DNA of 64,000 nt from Podarcis gaigeae (taxonomy: Eukaryota). Positions 56,794 through 64,000 of the stretch are shown here, one piece after another (position 1 is the stretch's first letter; each line of letters starts with the position of its first letter). A program made the position numbers and the translations under genes. The DNA lies in NCBI GenBank assembly GCA_964106915.2, contig OZ066914.1; one strand, given 5' to 3'. The notes beneath the pieces were generated by a model. The model was not told the DNA's origin. It worked only from the letters and a program-made list of their open reading frames with translations, and ran no database searches.

Positions 56794-58756
56794 CCTTAGA
56801 TCCTCCAACTGTTAGCCGCCTCACCCACAGTCACAAACTGTGAAATGGTTGACAGTCCATGCAGTTTATGTTCTGAGTAGGTTTCATGAATTGAAAGAGC
56901 ACACATATTAAGCCCATTTAAGAAGTTTGTGGATGAGGAAGGCATTGCTAACCTGCCCCTGGATAATCAAATTGTCATGTGCATGCTGTCAGCAAAGACA
57001 AGATACCAGTTTCAGTCTGAGTTCAAAGACCCCGACATTAAGCTACTACTTCAGAGTGTATATTTAGATAGTGTTGAGAGAATGTATTGAAATGTATCAA
57101 GAACAAATGTCTGAACAACACATGTTCTTGATGTAACTAATTATGCTTTAAGATATTAACTTTCCCAGCTATTCCTGCAGGTTTCCAAAATATGCAAAAT
57201 GTTAATATTCAAATCAGCTGTTAAGACTATAGCAGATCATAGATCAATAATGTCAGAAGCAAGCACATCAAGGCTATGCCTGCACAAGCTGTCACTTGGC
57301 ATCCTTGTATTGAAGCTGGGGCTCAACTAAGTTGTTACAGGTGCAGAACAAGGTCTACTTCTGCAACAGGACTTTCCCCCTTGCCTCACCACATGAACCC
57401 TAAAGTCCTCCTTGGAGTGGGGGGTTAGGGGGAGGCCTGCATTCTTACCCTTCTGGAGCTTAAAATCTCCTTCTGTGCTCTCTGCCTTGCTTACTGCCAC
57501 TAGTTCTGTGATGCTCTCGCAAGATCTCATGGGGGCTGTGCAAGTTCCTGTGAACTTGGCCGGTAAGCAAGGCAGAGAGCTTGAAAACTCTTTTGTGCAC
57601 TGGGAAAACCCTGTGTGCATTTAATTAGCACAATCTAATCCAGCTGGCCTGCAACTGCACTAGGCTGAAACTGAACAAGTTAAATGCCCGTAAGATGCGA
57701 CCGTACTATACAAATAGCAACAACCTATACGCAGCCTCTCTTCTGCCAGGCTAACAGTAAGGGCCACACAATAAGGCTGCTATTGTAAAAGGTTCAATGT
57801 GTGTCTGCTTAACGCATATTTAAGCTCTGCTTATCACTGACAATAATTTTTGCATCATATTGCCATTCAGCTCCCACCTTACAGTTCTCTCCTTTATATG
57901 CCTGCCAACTTAGATTTCACTTCACGCATCTGGCAAAGCTTATGTCATAATAGATTCGCTGGTCTTGAAAAAAGAGACATCACACATACTTTTGTAAACC
58001 AAGAAATCTTTAATAAAAATATGTTTATAAGGAGCAACAAGGCTCTTTAACTGTTTTTGCTGCAAGAGGTTAACACAACTACATGCCTATGGCAAGGATG
58101 GAGTTGTAATTCCAGTTGCAACTAGACAGCTCCATAGTGCACAGGAGGCAACCACAGAGAAAAAGCAGGAGAAGGGTTCACCCCCATGCAAGAACTATGA
58201 TCCCGCCACAGAATACTCCTTACAACCTGAGCTGTAGGACCTCCCTCCCATTCTACCACCTAGAACATTTCCTTGGCCTCATCCCAGGACCAGGGACACT
58301 AGCAAATAATGGTACCAGCATCTGGGAAACTGCTGTTGCAGCATTCAAGGCAGCAGGAGAAGGCAGAAGCATGGCACAGCAGTTTTCATTATAATTCAGT
58401 TCAAAGAAGAATTTGGGGTGGAGAAGGGAGCTTGATGCATATGGAGGCAAACATGAAATGTTCAGCAATTTCATATTTTGAATCAAATAGTTGCAGATTT
58501 CAGTAATATCAGCCATGCCATTAAATGGACACCCATGTGCTAAATAGCCATTTCCTTTGTGCATTAACCTTTTGTATAACAAGCTAAGGTTGTGTTCTCC
58601 TCTTTGTCCTGAAAAAGATTGGCAGCAAGTTTGGAAAGTTACATAGCAAGTAACTTTCAGAACAGCAAGATAAATGATAAGGTGCAGCTGACAATATGAC
58701 ATAGCAATATAGTACTGTATTAAATTTCTCTTCTTTGAGAGAAGAAAAGGCTAAGG

Positions 58757-58960
58757 CAGAGCTTTCCAAACTTTTCATGTTGGTAACACACTTTTAAGAC
58801 ATGCATCATTTTGCGACATGGTAATTCAGTTTTAAAAGCAAACTGGAGGTTAAACTAACAACTTTCCAGCCCAAGGAAGAGTGTGGGGATCATTCACGCA
58901 ACACACCTACACACTGCAGCCGACACACTAACACCACAACATACATTTTGAAAAGCTCTG
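58757..58960. mobile_element. hAT-type MITE
   Basis: TIR CAGAGCTTTCCAAA / TTTGAAAAGCTCTG; perfect 8-bp TSD GGCTAAGG (58749-58756 / 58961-58968). Confidence 0.9.
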
Positions 58961-59496
58961 GGCTAAGGAGTAAATCCCACACAAATTCAGAGTGGAATCC
59001 CCAAGACGGTTGGATGGCCCCTTGTACGCCTCCTTCTGGCAACTCCTGCAGCCCAGCTGGTGCCAAATGTATTGCTCCGCTTTCCTTTGGGCCACAATAG
59101 CGAGTCCATACACACTGCCCAGGATTGCACCCCAGAGACGTCACTTCAGCAAAAACAATGAAAAAGGCAGCAGTTATGAGTTACCACTCTTGGCAGCCAC
59201 AGCAAACACCGTGATTCTCCAGTGGTTTGACTTTGTCCCCAGAGGCACACTCCACGGTCTTTCAAGACAGAGGGATGCCAACAAATTCCCCTTCCACACA
59301 AAGGCCAACCTCAGATGATCAGATGCTTAGAGGCAAGTGTGGCAATTTGCCAGGTGATAGTATTCATGCAATGCTGTGGCATGCTTCAGACACAGTATTA
59401 TGTACCGGTATGTTACATAATTATGCCAAATGGAAGGGGTGGATTATTTAAACAACAGCTTTACCCCTTAATATTTACAGAAAGTTCATTGGTTGG

Positions 59497-59835
59497 GAAA
59501 GGGCCAATGGTAGAGCATATGGCTTGTATGCAGACGGTCCCAGGTTCAATCCCCAGCATCTCCAGGTGGGGCTACGAGATATTCCGGCCTGAAACCATAG
59601 AGATTTGCTCCCAGTTAGTGTAGACACTGGTTTTTAACTGGTGAATTGGGATCCACTAGTGAGTCACAGACTGATCTAAAGTGGGTTGCAACAGGGGACA
59701 GGATCACTACCACCATGCAAATATATGGCAAAATGAATGTTTGGGTTAAAAGTGGGTTCCAGGGTCTGAAAAGATTGAAGATACCTAGTGAGCTATATGG
59801 ACCAATGGTCTGACTCAGTATAAGACAGCTTCCTA
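59497..59835 (+). mobile_element. tRNA-derived SINE (Squam3-like) with a hAT-like MITE nested at ~59625-59789
   Basis: A box 'tggtagagc', B box 'ggttcaatccc', 3' end 'ggaccaatggtctgactcagtataagacagcttcct'; interrupted after 'gtgtagac'. Confidence 0.7.
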
Positions 59836-60077
59836 GTTGCCACTACTGTGGTTTTTGTCAAGTTACCCAGCAATCTGTAGTAACAATCCATTTCATAACT
59901 TAGATGGTCCTGTACAGAGACTTTATTGGTTTCATGGTTCTACAGAGTAGCCCAAAGTTATACCTGATCCCCTTTTTCAAACACTGGTACTATACTTCCC
60001 CACACCATCAGTTACCATAGCATGTTTCTGCTGTAAGACCAATATATTTTTGTGCCTGAAATGGTCACTCCAAATGG

Positions 60078-61773
60078 GACTTCCGGGTCGGCGCCATCGC
60101 CGAATGGCGGACTCCCTCCGAGCTCCGGAGGGAGCCTGCTTGGCAGGGGCTGGGTCCTACCGCACCGGCGATGCGGGGACCCTTAAAAACCACGGCCAGA
60201 GGAGGCCGTGGACATGGAGACTCGGCTGGCACCGTTAGCGCCCTCCCGACTCGTGAAGGAGCCTTTTTAAAGGCTACGGATCGGGTGCCGGGGAGAAGCG
60301 TGGTGCTTTGAGTTCTCTGCTATCCCTGCCGAGCGCAGCCGCATGCCATCCGGCGGAGAGCGCTGACTTCTTCTATTGAAAATTTGGATCTAAAGAAGAA
60401 CCCGTGAGTAATTGGAATATGGACTAAAAAAAAAAAGGGATAAATTTTTAAAATTTGGAGCGAACGGGGGAGGCGGAAAAAAGGAAGTCAGCCCACCCCT
60501 AAATTGTAGAAGAGCCAAAACAAAGGACTGGACAACTAAGATCGAGTGTAACCTTATTTTGCCGAATTAGCAACTTCGCGAGGGAAAATTATAAGATTGA
60601 GCTGGAGGAGGAAAGTGGAATTGTTTTAAAAAAGCAACCCCCCCCCCCCCGGAATCCCTGGAGCGATTCGTGAAACTGCCTGGAGAAGAGCAATGGAGGT
60701 TTTGACAGCTGTCAAAGAGCTGTCAAAAAGAAAGATTAAAATAGAGACTTTGTTACGAGGACTTTGCCGGTTACATTTGTTATAAATTGAACATAAACTG
60801 CTTCAAATATGGACTAACAAGTTACTTGGATTGGTGGATGTGATTCTGGAAGGGAACTTTGTTACTGTAATCCATCTAGAGGAGCTGAGGGATATTGCAT
60901 GTGTTTTTGAGGAAACTTGAACAGTTGAATGGAACTTTTAATCTCCTGGGAAACTGCAGGAATGGAACATTATTTTGTCTACAGAGGTTTACACACTACA
61001 GGAAACAATGGAACTATTTGTTGAAAAATGAAAGGAACATGATGCAATGCTTTGCTCCTGAATAACAAGCCTCTGCAGAGACACTAGAACTTTTGGAAAA
61101 AGAACATTTCTGTGGGAGAACAGAGAAACAAAAAGGAGGAGAATGATTGACAAGAACAAGGAAACAACAAGAACTGGACAGAACTGGGAGAGGGAACATT
61201 TGGGATATCCAGGCTTGACAAGCTTATGGAAACAAAATTGGAGTTCTTACTCCTGGATATAAAAACCTGGATAGAAGAAATGGGCCCCTTTTTTGATAGA
61301 CTCCTTCTATGATTGGACACTCGTAATTAAAGACTGGCAAAGAACCAGAGGGACGTGGGCATAATGTAATATGGGAACTCCAGGAAGATACTAGAAGTAG
61401 AGGGATAGGTGAAACGCAAAGGGGAAAGAGGGGAGGGAAAGTTGGAATCCAAAGGTTGTAAAATCACTACTCATATTTATTTTATTTCCATCTGTACTAT
61501 GTTTGAAAGGGGGGAACTCGTGGAAGGGAATAGATCGATCTTAGGGGATGGGAATTTGGATAAATTGGGTTACTGATGATGAGTGTAATTTGGGGATAAG
61601 AACTTGTTGAATTTAATTGCTTATTTGGAAGATTTGGAACACAAGAGGGGGTAGGGAGGGGAAGTCCTGGTTATTGGCAAAAAGTTTATAAATTGGATTT
61701 AATTTGTTTTAATTTGTTTTAATTTGGAAAACCTTAATAAAAATTATTATAAAAAAATAAAAATAAAAAAAAA
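60078..61773 (+). mobile_element. Full-length non-autonomous poly(A) retroelement (L1-dependent, HAL1-like), non-coding
   Basis: 21-bp TSD TGAAATGGTCACTCCAAATGG (60057-60077 / 61774-61794); CpG-rich 5' leader starting GACTTCCGG; G-rich 3' tract; AATAAA at 61736 and an A-rich tail; no plus-strand ORF of 60 aa or more beyond the leader. Confidence 0.85.
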
Positions 61774-64000
61774 TGAAATGGTCACTCCAAATGGCTCCCC
61801 TCTCTATTAAAGAAAAAACCCATGGTAAAATCAGCTGACAATTTCTGTCTCTTTTCAAAGCTCAGCATCTGCTGACAGAGACAGGTTTCCCCTCTTCTAA
61901 CTCAAGACAGAGGTAAACCTTAAGCTTTAGTTCACAATAACATAAGAAGCATCCTGCTGAATTAGAAGGAGGCTCATCTGGTCCAGTGTTCCATCTACCA
62001 GGTGCCTATGGGGGAAACCTCACTAACAGGACATTAGTACAATAGCACTCTACAGCTCACGTTTCTCAGTTCACTCACTGTTGACTTCTCAAGTGAATTC
62101 AGTGGGAATGTTTGGGACAAGAATCAACACAAACAAAACTGCCCAAGCTGCAGTGGCTTGCGAATCTCCTAATGGAATGCTTTAAGCCCATTACAACACT
62201 GTCTAGAAATGTTTCCTTTTATAAATGTGCTTATTTGTATCAATGGTATACTGCAAAAGAGTAAACTTCTTTTCCATGTGCCAGAACAGGATTCTAATGG
62301 GATTCTAATATACCATTATAACATCCCAACCTTTTTCTGAACAGAAACGTTATGCCAAAATAGAAGTCTCAGCTAATTAAAACACACACATAGCGGGAAC
62401 TTTAGCAAGATGAAATATTAATGTCTGTGGCATGTTATATCTCTATCTCCCGCTGCTATTTCTTTCTTGTTGTAAGACATGGGCAGTACAGTGCAATCAT
62501 GTATTGCTGGGGCCCAGACATGTTATGAGGCACCCTGCCAAGAGTCAACACTATTATCTTGATTCTCATGCAAGGCATGTCCCTGGGGAACTCAGAGATG
62601 GCACACAATGCCTTTGACCTTGCCAGGCCATGAGCCGAGTGTTTTAACTCTTTTTAATACTGAATTTTAAACTGTTGTAACCCACTCTGGGCCCTGCTGG
62701 AGAAGGGCAAGTAACAAATTTAACCACTACCACCATCCTACCCAGCCCACCTTGGAAAAGGGCCATAGTGCACTCTGATTTTTAATTCGCGCCTGGTGCA
62801 TTCTTACTTGGATTGCAGTCTTTTAAAAAATAATAATATTAAAGCTTTTTATAATACAAAAAACTAAAAGAAACTAATCTAAATAAAAATAAAAGCAGAG
62901 AAGAAAAAAGAAAATGCAGAGTCCTCTCTCAAAGGTAGCTATTAATTCTCGCCTCACACAGAAAGTGGTGGACCCTCCTAGCTCTCACCTAGGAGCTTTC
63001 CTTTTTCTTCTCCCAGTCTCACCCTGGGAGGTCTTCCCTTTCCTGCCTCTCACTCAGGATCTGGGTCCTTCCACTAACCATCCACCAACTTCATGTGTGT
63101 GTAATCCTTGGACCCTTGCAGTATTTTGTTACTTAAAGTAAACATCACCATGGTTTCAATGCTGCTGCTGCTACCACTACTACTAACCTTATATACAATA
63201 GGATTACAAGTATGTCGCCACACAAACTGCAGCACAGGAATAGAATAGCAGGTGGGCAGCTCATGAGGGCAGGCGAGTTAGCAAGCTGGCTGCTCAGCTG
63301 AGTGCCATGGATGGTGAGTGGCCCATGCAAACCACAGACTGAGGAATAGTCAGGACAGAGCAGGGCAGCCCCCCACAACCATCCTGCTCTGCTGTCACCG
63401 CACACCTCACACCAAGGAGACAGAAGAGGAGGGAAGCAGCAGCACAGCAGGACCACTGCTGTGGAGCTGTAACAGCTTGTCTTGCCTGTTCCGCTGCAGC
63501 AACCCCTGGGTCACAGTTGGGCTGAGCTGTAAGAGAAGCTAGTATGGCTTGGCCAAGTGGGCAGGCATATGAAGAGGGAAGTGGAAGCAGGGAGGCAGGT
63601 GGGAGCACAGAAACAAAGAGTGGAAAGTCTCTCCTTCAACCTGTCCTCCCCTCACGCTGTTGCCACTGCCACAGCAGGGGGGGGGACTACATCTCTCCGG
63701 AATGAATGCTGACCTCCCTTTAAGGCCTTTGGTGATTTTCCTTTTAGCTGCAGCTAGACTGGTTATACCACAGGATGGAAGGATGCTTCTGTTATTAATG
63801 TGAACTGCTGTTATAAGAAGGCTTTGTTCTTACCTGTCTCAGAAAAAATTAACCCATCATCTTATGGTTTTGAAGGGGAGTGCTAAACTAGTGGACTTTG
63901 CTGCCAGTTGAAGGGCTATTGTGACGCACACGAACAAATGACATATGAAACCACTTGTCCCAGTGAAGTAGTATGACTCCGTTTGACTGATTGGTCCAAA

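Noticed and set aside
56306-56824. 172-aa ORF and overlapping ORFs
   Set aside because: They lie within a GC-rich non-autonomous hAT element and show no transposase motifs.

Overview
This is AT-rich, repeat-dense vertebrate genomic DNA from a squamate reptile. A lacertid-type lizard is likely, judging by the Sauria SINEs, BovB, L2/CR1 LINEs and Penelope remnants; this is an inference. The window lies inside the voltage-gated K+ channel gene KCNQ1 (Kv7.1) on the minus strand. Six coding exons (human exons 2-7; S1 through the pore and S6) can be placed exactly, each with GT-AG boundaries and lengths matching the human exons (91, 127, 79, 97, 141 and 111 bp). Exon 1 and exons 8 onward lie outside the window. 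The introns hold many transposable elements, several with readable target-site duplications (TSDs). The most notable non-gene signals are: (1) a complete 1.7-kb non-coding, poly(A)-tailed, L1-type non-autonomous retroelement (60078-61773; 21-bp TSD) whose CpG-rich leader is a row of at least six hairpins; (2) two independent antisense solo LTRs with a compact promoter cassette that bracket exon 3; (3) a divergent cluster of CTCF-like motifs around exon 2; (4) a Penelope-derived 50-bp near-perfect hairpin; (5) an L2 > RTE > LTR nested insertion. Repeat family names come from recognised motifs, not database searches. Nearly all ORFs in the supplied track other than the KCNQ1 exons appear spurious or repeat-derived.
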